Shown here piece after piece: positions 40,772 to 50,006 of a stretch of DNA of 64,000 nt. The notes beneath the pieces were generated by a model. The model made no database searches. It was not told where the DNA came from and saw nothing but the letters and a program-made list of their open reading frames with translations. This stretch comes from an uncultured Desulfosarcina sp. (GTDB lineage: Bacteria > Desulfobacterota > Desulfobacteria > Desulfobacterales > Desulfosarcinaceae), in assembly GCA_963674945.2 (NCBI GenBank), contig CAXXWQ010000003.1, positions 1,664,001-1,728,000 on the forward strand, written 5' to 3'. Position numbers and translations under genes: made by a program. Position 1 is the first letter of the stretch. Each line of letters starts with the position of its first letter.

Positions 40772-42009
40772 TGGAAAATCCTAACTTCAGGTATAAAAAC
40801 AACAAATTTACCTCCCCAATCTCGAATATGTGACATCTGTGACATGATTTCCTCTTTGAGATTCCAGGGAAGAATAACCAAATAATCGGGCTTGTCGTTC
40901 TCTACTTTGTCGGTAGCATGAATAGGAATACGGGTCCCAGGCAAAAATAAACCCTGTTTGTGAGGACTTCTATCTACCGTAAATGAAATGAAATCATTTC
41001 GGACTCCGCAATAATTCAAAAGAGTGTTCCCCTTGGCGGGCGCACCATAACAGGCAATTGATTTTCCTTCGTTATCGGCTCTGATAAAAAAATCCAAGAT
41101 ATCCTTTTTTATTTTCTTTACCTTTTTATTGAATGACAAATAGATGTCCAACTCCTCGAAACCAGCATCTGATTCCTTCTTTAAAAGCATTCCGACGCGA
41201 CTGTTGATCTCTTTCGATTTGTCGCCGGCATGGCACGCATAAATCCTAAGCGATCCGCCATGTGTCGAAATTTCATCGACATCAAATATCATAAGACCGT
41301 GTTTTAAAAATACCTTATTTACCGTATGGAAAGAAAAATAGGAAAAATGCTCATGATAAATTGTATCGAACTGGTTTTCTGCCATTAAACACAGTAAGTG
41401 AGGGAATTCCATCGTAATAATTCCGTTTGTGTTTAGGATCTTTTTCATTCCCTTTACGAAATCATTGAGGTTCGGAACGTGCGCAAGAACATTATTACCA
41501 ATCAAAAGGTCTGCTTGTCGGTTATTTTCTGCCAAAACCGAGGCGGTCTCTTCACCGAAAAATTTACATATCGTTGGAATGCCAATTTTTTCTGCCGCTT
41601 CAGCCACATTTCGGGCAGGCTCGATACCCAATACAGGTATTCCATATTCCTTAAAGTATTGAAGAAGGTAGCCATCGTTGCTGGCAATTTCCACCACATG
41701 ACTATTGGCATCAAAGCCAAATCGTTGAACCATGGCTTTACAATATTCTTTCGCATGACTGAGCCATGAATCCGAATAAGAAGAGAAATAAGCATAATCA
41801 CTAAATATTTTATCTGGATTCTCCCATTCTGGTAACTGGACAAGCTTGCATTCTTCACAAACGTATACATGCAGCGGGAAAAATGCCTCCATGGCGTGAA
41901 GTTTCGTCTCAGTTAGATAGGAGTTTGCAAGGGGTGACCCCCCCAGGTCAACGAAAGTATGTTTTAATGTACTATTACAAAATCGACAGCAATTTTTCAT
42001 GGTTGTCAT
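40768..42009 (-). CDS. NDP-hexose C-methyltransferase (SAM-dependent, Zn-binding N-terminus)
   Basis: CRFC..C..C, EIASNDG, NVLAHVP, YHEH, HGGS, YGAPAKG, LPWN. Confidence 0.92.
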   Translation of the reverse strand: MTTMKNCCRFCNSTLKHTFVDLGGSPLANSYLTETKLHAMEAFFPLHVYVCEECKLVQLPEWENPDKIFSDYAYFSSYSDSWLSHAKEYCKAMVQRFGFDANSHVVEIASNDGYLLQYFKEYGIPVLGIEPARNVAEAAEKIGIPTICKFFGEETASVLAENNRQADLLIGNNVLAHVPNLNDFVKGMKKILNTNGIITMEFPHLLCLMAENQFDTIYHEHFSYFSFHTVNKVFLKHGLMIFDVDEISTHGGSLRIYACHAGDKSKEINSRVGMLLKKESDAGFEELDIYLSFNKKVKKIKKDILDFFIRADNEGKSIACYGAPAKGNTLLNYCGVRNDFISFTVDRSPHKQGLFLPGTRIPIHATDKVENDKPDYLVILPWNLKEEIMSQMSHIRDWGGKFVVFIPEVRIFQ

Positions 42010-42021
42010 GAGTATATCGCC

Positions 42022-43077
42022 TTATCTATTAAGATTAATCCATTGAAGTTTATCGTTGATTAGCCCTTGCAATTGTAAATCGGTCAAGACCTTCAATCTC
42101 ATAAATCGTGATTGACGGAAATTGGTATCCTTAAATCTCATCGATTCTAAACCATCTTTCAATTCTTTTATGGTTGTGATGATATCAAATTGTGGTTGAT
42201 GAGATGGCGCGAGCCTCTTAAACAGATCGAAATTGACACGATATGAGCGTTTATCTGGTTGGGCTTTCTCGTTTATTGAAATCTTCACGTCTGGAATTAC
42301 CTTGGCAACCGCCTCTGCCAGATCTCTAACCTGGTAGTTCCATTCAGCGCAGCCCACATTTACCGCCAAAAACGTTCCACCGTTTGATATATCCCGCGAT
42401 GCAGCCCAATCAATTGCTCTGGCCATATCCTTAACGTTTATCAAAGGTCTCCATGGACTCCCATCACTTAAAATCGTAATCTGTTTTGAGGCGACGGCAC
42501 CAGCAACAAAATCGTTTAACACAAGATCCAGACGCAATCGTTCACTCATTCCACATGCCGTCGAAAATCTGAGACAAGTTATTTTGAATGACTCGTCTGC
42601 AAGTCCTGCCAATGCTTTTTCACTGTTCACTTTTGATTTTGCATAGGCCGTCAAAGGGTTAAGTTGTGAGGACTCATCTTTGGCACTCTCTTCTGCACTG
42701 CCATACATGCTGCAGCTAGATGCATAGACAAAAGCCTTAGCCCCCGACTCCTTTGCTTTTTTTGCCAAATTGATACTTGAATTGTAATTAATGTCAAAGG
42801 TGACATCTTCAAATTTATTTCCCATGGGATCATTTGAGATTGCGGCAAGATGAATTACAGCATCAATGCCTTCAAATATCTCATTTGGCAGGTTTCGCAT
42901 GTCCGCGAAATATTGGATATCTAACTTGCATTCCGGAAGGGTTGTCTCATTTGTTAAGCAATTAGCAAAATACCCCATATCAAGCCCTACTAAAACAGCA
43001 TTCGGATAAAGTGCCCTGAGATGTTTTACCAAATAAGGTCCAACATACCCCATATTTCCTGTGATTAGGTATTTCAT
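42022..43077 (-). CDS. NAD-dependent epimerase/dehydratase (extended SDR)
   Basis: ITGNMGYVG, HLAAISND, SSCSMYG, YAKSK. Confidence 0.9.
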   Translation of the reverse strand: MKYLITGNMGYVGPYLVKHLRALYPNAVLVGLDMGYFANCLTNETTLPECKLDIQYFADMRNLPNEIFEGIDAVIHLAAISNDPMGNKFEDVTFDINYNSSINLAKKAKESGAKAFVYASSCSMYGSAEESAKDESSQLNPLTAYAKSKVNSEKALAGLADESFKITCLRFSTACGMSERLRLDLVLNDFVAGAVASKQITILSDGSPWRPLINVKDMARAIDWAASRDISNGGTFLAVNVGCAEWNYQVRDLAEAVAKVIPDVKISINEKAQPDKRSYRVNFDLFKRLAPSHQPQFDIITTIKELKDGLESMRFKDTNFRQSRFMRLKVLTDLQLQGLINDKLQWINLNR

Positions 43078-43152
43078 CGGTTTACCCCATTTATATAATG
43101 TCAATTTTTAACGAAAACTTTTTCATAAAGTTTGAATATAAAATAAATGATT

Positions 43153-43932
43153 CTATTTCTTCCATATTTTCCAGGCAGGCTTCGGAGACGCCCACAATTC
43201 CTCTAGATACATTTTATCCCTTAAAGAATCCATGTTTTGCCAAAATCCGTAATGTCGATAGGCTGTAAGTTTGCCATCCCTTGCCAACCGTTCCATTGGC
43301 TCTTGCTCCCAAACGGAAAGGTCACCTTCGATGTAATTCATTATTTCGGGTTCTAGGACAAAAAATCCACCATTTATCCACGCTCCATCTCCTTTTGGCT
43401 TTTCCTTGAATGCTGTTATCTTGTCTTGATCTTTGTCCAGTTTAAACGCACCAAATCGCCCGGGAGATTGGACGGCGGTTAAGGTAGCAAGTGAGTTTTG
43501 TTTTCTATGAAAAGAAATTAGGTCATTGATATTTAGATCTGTTACGCCATCACCGTATGTAAGGCAAAATGTATTGTTTCCGATATAATCCTTGACACGT
43601 TTTATTCTACCACCGGTCATAGAATTTTTCCCCGTATCCACCAATGTGATTTTCCAAGGTTCTGTCTCACTTTTATGAACATGCATCTCATTATTTCGCA
43701 AATCAAATGTGATATCAGAACAATGGAGTGCATACCGAGAAAAGAACTCCTTTATGATATGCCCTTTATACCCGAGACAAATAATGAATTCGTTCAGTCC
43801 ATAGGTTGAGTAGATTTTCATTATGTGCCACAGGATCGGTTTATCGCCAATTTCCACCATCGGCTTTGGCCTTACCCCTGTTTCCTCAGCAAGCCTAGTA
43901 CCATAACCTCCTGCTAAAATAACCGTTTTCAC
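43153..43932 (-). CDS. rfbF: Glucose-1-phosphate cytidylyltransferase
   Basis: ILAGGYGTRL, PKPMVEIG, MTGGR, TYGDG, WINGGFF, FWQNMD; GTG start after GAGG. Confidence 0.95.
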   Translation of the reverse strand: MKTVILAGGYGTRLAEETGVRPKPMVEIGDKPILWHIMKIYSTYGLNEFIICLGYKGHIIKEFFSRYALHCSDITFDLRNNEMHVHKSETEPWKITLVDTGKNSMTGGRIKRVKDYIGNNTFCLTYGDGVTDLNINDLISFHRKQNSLATLTAVQSPGRFGAFKLDKDQDKITAFKEKPKGDGAWINGGFFVLEPEIMNYIEGDLSVWEQEPMERLARDGKLTAYRHYGFWQNMDSLRDKMYLEELWASPKPAWKIWKK

Positions 43933-44512
43933 AATACACCTCACTTATCAATTGTATTATCCGTCTTATATAGCTCCGCCTTCTCAGTTACAGAAAACAA
44001 AGTATGGATAAAAAAAATGGTATTGGACGCATGGTTTTTCTGTCCTCCAACACCGATGACAGACATAATGCCTTATCGTGCCCTTCTGTTATCCATGGCA
44101 TGGATCCGATAAAGACAAGAATGTTATTTATTTACAACAGATTAAATATTGATCACATATAGAACTAACACCCCTAATTAAAATAAAACTAATATAACTG
44201 TTTATAAATTATGTATCAATGTTTTTAGCCTGTGACCATTAAACATTATTGATCTTTGTGTTTCTAACCGCCCCACGGTTACTATCGGCCCTAAAAACCA
44301 AAACAAAAGGCCAATGTTTTTTTTTTGGCCATTCCATTACTGGTAGTTTTATGATCCGGTTAAAAGAGCGATTTCGGAATGATCGTTCCTGGCAAAGGGG
44401 GACCGAATGCTGCTACACATAACTGTCTTAGAAAAAACATCGGATAATGTCTTATTCCATCGAAGAGGGTAATGATTTGAAAATTTGTATTTTATTGAAG
44501 GACTATAAAGAA

Positions 44513-44540
44513 AAGGGGCGGTTTCGTGCCACCGCCCCTT
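44513..44540 (-). terminator. Rho-independent terminator of the LamG/PKD gene
   Basis: Perfect 10-bp stem AAGGGGCGGT / ACCGCCCCTT followed by a T-rich run on the minus strand. Confidence 0.8.
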
Positions 44541-44594
44541 GTTTACATCATTTGAATTTTTCAGGTAAGAAATTTTATCGTATTTCGTTTTCCA

Positions 44595-46730
44595 TCAGAA
44601 TATCGTGCTAATGAAACAAGAGCCGTCGTCATCGTCGCCGGCAGGGGCAACAACGTTCGTAACGGTAATCACGACGGTATCGATGTCGGAGTCACCGTTT
44701 GCATCGGTAACGGTTAATTGAAAGGTCAGATCGACGGTTTCATCCACCTGCGGCGCGGTGAAGGAAGGCGTTGCCGTGTCCTCGCCGGTAAGGTCATCCG
44801 GTGTCACACCCGTGGAGTCCGTCTGTACCCAAGCATAGGTGGCGATAGCGGCAGTCCCTGCAGTTGATCCGCTGCCATCGAGATTCACGGTGTCGCCTTC
44901 GTTTACCGTGAGGTCATCACCGGCATCGGCAACCGGGCCGATGGTGGCGTCGGTAACGGCAACGCTGACGGTATCGGTGCTCGACTGACCATCGCTGGCT
45001 GTGACGGTCAGGCGGAAGGTCAGCGTCTCACCCGCAGCATCGACGTCCGGTGCGGCGAATGTGGGCTGGGCCGCAGTTGCGTCACTCAGCGTTACGGTTG
45101 TGCCGACCGTCTGTTCCCACAGATAGGTGATGGTGGTGCCCGTGTACCCGGGTGCGGATGCGCTGCCGTCCAGGGTCACCGTGCTGCCCTCGGCGATGTC
45201 GGGCTGATCGGTACCGGCGTCGGCGGTGGGTGCGGGGCGCAATGTCTGCACGCCACCGCCACTTGAACCGGCGGTGTAGTGAGAACTGATCTCAGTTGCC
45301 TCGAGCGCCCGATCGTACAGTGCAACCTCGTCTACCGAACCGGCGAATCGGAAAAAGGGTGACCGCGCGAGATAACCGATGTTCAAACTCGCAGATGCCG
45401 AGTCGAACCCGACCGGAAAAGACTCATTCACGCTGCTGCCCTGCACTGCGCCATCGACATAAAGCGTGTTGTCATCCGTTGCGGCATCCCGAACCGCCAC
45501 GACATGGTGCCAGTTTCCGTCACTCAGGCTCGCGCCGACACCAACCAGATTGGCAACACGGCCATAGGGATCTTGCAGGTAAAATGATGCGTTGCCGCTG
45601 GAGGACGCCAGCCCAACCCACCACTGCATACCGGAAAGGGCATCATCCCGGCCGATGATCACCTGCTCGCTGGCGGGTGAAACGGCGCCATCGGTTTTCA
45701 CCCAGCATTCGATGGAAAAGCTTTTGAATCCAAGCCATCCGAAAGCACTGCTCGCAGTAACGTCGATCCCCTGGTCCGTTCCATTGAAAGATTGGGCTCC
45801 GTTGACCCTGCCGGAGACAACCGGCGAAGGATCGGCACTTCCGGTACCGTCGTGATCCCCGATGTGGTCTACATAGGTCGAACCGCCTGCTTCGTCAAGA
45901 TGCCACAATGCAACGGTGTCATCCGGATAAGGCGCATAGCTGTAAGTTATACCACCACAATAGTCGGTACCTGCCAATCCGGCGGTGTATTGACTCTGAA
46001 TCTCGGTTTGTGGAAGCGCCCTTCCATAGAGGGCAACCTCGTCCACTATCCCGGCAAAGTGATAATAGGGCGATCGATCGAGATAGCCAACGTTTATGGA
46101 AGAAGTCAGAGAACCGAAGCCGGCCGAAAACGCCTGGGTCACGCTGCTGCCTTGGACGGCCCCGTCGACGTAGAGCATGTTTTCGTCTGTGGAGGCGTCT
46201 CGAACCGCCATGACATAATGCCAATCACCATCGCTCAGACTCGCGCCGACACCAACCAGATTGGCGACGTTGCCGTCTGCGTCTTGAAGATAAAAAGAGG
46301 CATTGCCACTGCTAGATTGAAGACCGATCCACCATTGCATACCGGTGGAAATATCATCTCTGCCGATGACCACCTGCTCACTGGAAGGCGAAACCGCACC
46401 GTTCGTTTTTACCCAAAATCCAATAGAAAAACTCTCGGTGCCGAACCAATTGTATGCGTGATGTGGGGGGATATCGATTTTTGTTGTTGACCCATCGAAA
46501 CCCGCGGCATTTTTAATTATCCCGGTTTCGGTCGTCAGGCTGCCATCACCGACACCAGTACTCCCTTTGATATCGTCTTTGTATCCACCACCGGGATTTG
46601 GTTTATCCAGCTTCCAATAACCAATGATGTTTTCCGGGCAAGCTGCCAACCCCATGCCCGTTCCCATTACGGTAAAGCCTAAAACTGTCATGACAACAAG
46701 AGCAAGCATAAACGTTTTTGATTTCTTCAT
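44595..46730 (-). CDS. Secreted surface protein: 2 LamG-like domains + 2 PKD-like domains + C-terminal CFI tail
   Basis: Signal peptide; W.LD...WH.V.VRD..LYVDG...G.VDEVALY.RAL twice; P.ADAG.D..V.LDGS.S...Y.W.Q twice; ends GDDDDGSCFISTIF. Confidence 0.85.
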   Translation of the reverse strand: MKKSKTFMLALVVMTVLGFTVMGTGMGLAACPENIIGYWKLDKPNPGGGYKDDIKGSTGVGDGSLTTETGIIKNAAGFDGSTTKIDIPPHHAYNWFGTESFSIGFWVKTNGAVSPSSEQVVIGRDDISTGMQWWIGLQSSSGNASFYLQDADGNVANLVGVGASLSDGDWHYVMAVRDASTDENMLYVDGAVQGSSVTQAFSAGFGSLTSSINVGYLDRSPYYHFAGIVDEVALYGRALPQTEIQSQYTAGLAGTDYCGGITYSYAPYPDDTVALWHLDEAGGSTYVDHIGDHDGTGSADPSPVVSGRVNGAQSFNGTDQGIDVTASSAFGWLGFKSFSIECWVKTDGAVSPASEQVIIGRDDALSGMQWWVGLASSSGNASFYLQDPYGRVANLVGVGASLSDGNWHHVVAVRDAATDDNTLYVDGAVQGSSVNESFPVGFDSASASLNIGYLARSPFFRFAGSVDEVALYDRALEATEISSHYTAGSSGGGVQTLRPAPTADAGTDQPDIAEGSTVTLDGSASAPGYTGTTITYLWEQTVGTTVTLSDATAAQPTFAAPDVDAAGETLTFRLTVTASDGQSSTDTVSVAVTDATIGPVADAGDDLTVNEGDTVNLDGSGSTAGTAAIATYAWVQTDSTGVTPDDLTGEDTATPSFTAPQVDETVDLTFQLTVTDANGDSDIDTVVITVTNVVAPAGDDDDGSCFISTIF

Positions 46731-47400
46731 TACCAAAAATCCCTTTTTTTTAGGTTTTAGCCACGATCTGTGACTGATAATAGATAAACAGAAACGTTCC
46801 TCTGCTTCTTACACCAACAACATCTCCCAAACATACCCAAACATTAAATCGTTAACCTACTTTTATCGAAATATTACAAAATTTCAGATTGGTGTCAACA
46901 ATGATGTCGGAACGAGACTGACTAATATTAAAGTTAATTTGACGATTTCATCATCTACTTGAAAAACAGATATTTCATTTGGCGATGCGGCTGAACTTCT
47001 CCAGTGCAAGAGTATTAATTGACCTTGGATTCAATCCTGGTTAGGTTGCTGTGGTCATCTGGACCTCAACGGGATTACATCGTATCGAGTAGATGGAAAC
47101 CCTGTAACAATTGGCATGCAAGTGATCTATATAAAATTTTCACCAACCTTGCCTGAAAATGAGTATCTATTTACACATTTGCTTTGGAATGAAGCATTCT
47201 CACCACCCAACCATGCAAAAACAACATCCCATGGCGATGCACCCGGATCATACCACACGCCCCATCGGTCAATGGCGGGCCGTTTCAGGGAACTATCTAA
47301 TTATATGATTAATAGTTTATTTTCTTCATCCTGCTGGCCTCGAGCGGAAGTTCAGCTTTGGCAAACATTTTTAATTAGTCTTCCGGCGAATCCTCTGATA

Positions 47401-47417
47401 TTGGCCTGATCCTTGCT
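47401..47417 (+). promoter_or_regulatory. Sigma-54 promoter motif upstream of the SGNH lipoprotein
   Basis: TTGGCCTGATCCTTGCT = GG-N10-GC with TTGCT; 344 bp above the start. Confidence 0.55.
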
Positions 47418-47760
47418 GTACAGTCAGGCAGTCAACGGGATCGCTTTCACCGGTTGGCAGGTGTCAGCGAACAATCGGTGTTTTATCAACGGCGGGGGAT
47501 GATATCACGGACAGAGCCGGATCAAACATCCCAAGCATGGGCATGGATGAAAAAAACGGAACCAAAGCCAATTTGATTACGATTCCCTGCCGTTTGCCGC
47601 ACTCGTATCTTGACAGGTGTTGTTTTTACAATTATCTAGTCGAGTATCTATCATATGATAAAGATGCAGCAACCTTTTTTGGCCCACAGCAATCGCCGAT
47701 TATCTAAAAAAGCTGGGGTTAAGGTTAAACCTCGCTAGGCGCATCGAGAAGGGAACAAAA

Positions 47761-49896
47761 GTGAAACGTCATCGTACTTTCCAGATCGCCATATGGATTT
47801 CGTTTTTTGCCATGATCTTATATGGTTGTGGAGGAGGTGGAGGCTCTACAACCAGTAATCCGGAAAACATCAAACCGATCGCCGATGCAGGCGAATCAAA
47901 GATCGTTCAGCCCGGAACAGAAGTCATCCTGGATGGATCACTAAGCCACGACGATGATGGTGAGATTGTTTCCTACAAATGGGTACAAACAAACGGCTCC
48001 GCTGTCACCCTGATCGATGCGGATCAAGCGTCGGCCCGGTTCGTTGCACCCGAAACCCAAATCAGGGAAAGTTTGGATTTTGAACTCACCGTTAAGGACA
48101 ATGCCGGTGCACTCGCCAAAGATATTGTACCGATCACCGTGAACCTGACACCCATTGTCGACGCCGGCACGGATCAGTCACTGAATATCTCGACACCCAA
48201 CGTCGCCAATATCGTTCTGAACGGTTCCGCCATGGATAACGACGGCACCATTGAAGCTCACGAATGGGTCCAGATCGCAGGCGATACGGTAACCTTAATG
48301 GGCGCCGACACGCCAAGGGCCTCGTTTAGCGTTCCTGCGGTGACGCAGGCCTATACTTTCAGCTATACGGCGACTGACGATGATGGTGTGCAAGCGACCG
48401 ATACGGTGTCCGTCTATATCACCCAAATCCTTGTTTCGGATTCATTTACAGACACTTCGGGTTGGGGTGCCGTATGGACGATAAAAAATGATACGGCGTA
48501 CTGGACGGTAGATGGAGGACAGCTGTTTCAACGCAACTATGTGGATGGCGTACAACTGTCATATCAAACCGGGACGTATGCGGTTTTGGCGTATCCCCCT
48601 GTTGCCTTGCCCTCTTCCTACCGTTTCAGCGTCGATATCACGCCGATTCCCAACAACGGTTATGGTGATACGGAAGGCAACGATGTCGGCATCATGTTTC
48701 AATATGTGGATGCAAACAACTACTATCGTGTATCGATGAATGCCAGGAACGGTTTCACACGATTCGAAAAACGCAGATACGGCAGTTTCCAGACGTTGGC
48801 TGTGAATTCAATCGGTTATATAGAGAACCAGACCATTACCATGACGGTGGATGTCAGCGGCAACAAGATTTTCGTCTTGATCGATGGAGACCCGATCTTT
48901 TCGATGGTGGATCCCGATCCACTCACCGGTACCGTCGCCCTTTATTGTCAAGACGGCACCAGATTCGATAACGTGTTAATCACCGACAGTTCGCTTGCAC
49001 CGATGGCGGCAATTTCAACCCCCCTTGCCTATTCCATCGCCCTCACGCCTGATGCAGGAAACACGCTCGATGTCGAAGCCGTCGTAATGAACAAACCCTC
49101 CGGTGCCGATGTCTATTTTGATTTGGATGGCGGCAGCGAAATCGTGGCGGCCGAGACGGGAGGCTATTACACGGCCCGGTTTTCCGACGTAACCGACGGG
49201 AATCATGATGTAACCGTCATCATGAGAGATGCGAGCGGCAAAGAGATCAGTGCCGATGTAAATTCAACGGTCGGCGTCGGTGGTGACTATTATGTCACGC
49301 TGGGAGACAGTATTACCAACGGCGAGGGAGACGGTTTTTCAGGCAACAACGATTCCGCCGACGGGAGAATCGTCGCCAGGCAAGGATATCAGGCTGTTCT
49401 GGCCGATGAACTGACGTCCGCAACCGGCCGGCCGCACATCGTTTTCAACGAAGGTCTCGGCGGAGACACCGCAGCCGGATTGCAAAGCAGAATCATCTCC
49501 ATCCTGGAGCGCCACCCAAAAGCCAACAAGATTCTCATGATGATTGGAACCAACGATTCCAGTGCGGGAATTACCGCCGATAATTATGAAACCAGTGTTC
49601 GAGCCGTTGCCAATACCATTGCCAATGTTTACGGCAAGCAGTTGTGGATCGCAAAACCGCCACCCACCCACATATACGGAAGTACCACGGTCTTTGACTA
49701 TTCCAGAAACGCAGTCATCGAACTGTACAACCAAAGAATTAACGAGATCGCAACCGATGGGATTTACCCCGATACGCAACTGGGACCGAACTTCTATACG
49801 TTATTGACCGCTTCCTATTATTTCAATGATTATCTACACCCCAATGATACCGGTTATCAGAAGATGGCATATGAATGGAGCCTGCGCCTGCCGTAA
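47761..49896 (+). CDS. Lipoprotein with PKD-like repeats, beta-sandwich domain and C-terminal SGNH/GDSL hydrolase
   Basis: Lipobox LYGC + GGGGG; ADAG..LDGS.S.DDDG..Y.W.Q; SGNH blocks GDSIT, NEG..G, GTND, DYLHP. Confidence 0.88.
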   Translation: MKRHRTFQIAIWISFFAMILYGCGGGGGSTTSNPENIKPIADAGESKIVQPGTEVILDGSLSHDDDGEIVSYKWVQTNGSAVTLIDADQASARFVAPETQIRESLDFELTVKDNAGALAKDIVPITVNLTPIVDAGTDQSLNISTPNVANIVLNGSAMDNDGTIEAHEWVQIAGDTVTLMGADTPRASFSVPAVTQAYTFSYTATDDDGVQATDTVSVYITQILVSDSFTDTSGWGAVWTIKNDTAYWTVDGGQLFQRNYVDGVQLSYQTGTYAVLAYPPVALPSSYRFSVDITPIPNNGYGDTEGNDVGIMFQYVDANNYYRVSMNARNGFTRFEKRRYGSFQTLAVNSIGYIENQTITMTVDVSGNKIFVLIDGDPIFSMVDPDPLTGTVALYCQDGTRFDNVLITDSSLAPMAAISTPLAYSIALTPDAGNTLDVEAVVMNKPSGADVYFDLDGGSEIVAAETGGYYTARFSDVTDGNHDVTVIMRDASGKEISADVNSTVGVGGDYYVTLGDSITNGEGDGFSGNNDSADGRIVARQGYQAVLADELTSATGRPHIVFNEGLGGDTAAGLQSRIISILERHPKANKILMMIGTNDSSAGITADNYETSVRAVANTIANVYGKQLWIAKPPPTHIYGSTTVFDYSRNAVIELYNQRINEIATDGIYPDTQLGPNFYTLLTASYYFNDYLHPNDTGYQKMAYEWSLRLP

Positions 49897-49959
49897 AATC
49901 CTTATTTTCATATTGAATTGAACTCTACCGGTTTTTTATTGCACGCTAACATGGATGAA

Positions 49960-50006
49960 TCGGACGGATTCGTAAAAAAACCGAGATCAAGGATTGCGAA
50001 TCCGTC
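49960..50006. repeat. Truncated copy of the 55.6-kb repeat forming a hairpin between convergent genes
   Basis: TCGGACGGATTCGTAAAAAAACCGAGATCAAGGATTGCGAATCC nearly identical to 55624-55668; GACGGATTCG (49963-72) pairs with CGAATCCGTC (49997-50006). Confidence 0.75.

Noticed and set aside
44068..44083. GGCACGATAAGGCA on the minus strand as a sigma-54 promoter for rfbF
   Set aside because: Spacing from GGCAC to GC is 9 rather than 10, and TTGC is absent.
44264..44275. GGGGCGGTTAG upstream of rfbF as an ops/JUMPstart element
   Set aside because: One-base insertion versus GGCGGTAG, no JUMPstart context, and no RfaH/NusG paralogue in the window.
44317..44326. T10 tract upstream of the sugar operon, and A8/T8 tracts in locus genes, as phase-variation sites
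   Set aside because: Expected by chance in AT-rich DNA; all genes are in frame.
47116..47409. 97-aa ORF or riboswitch in the 1-kb divergent intergenic region
   Set aside because: No RBS or protein-like motif, overlaps promoter elements; no c-di-GMP or other riboswitch consensus recognised.
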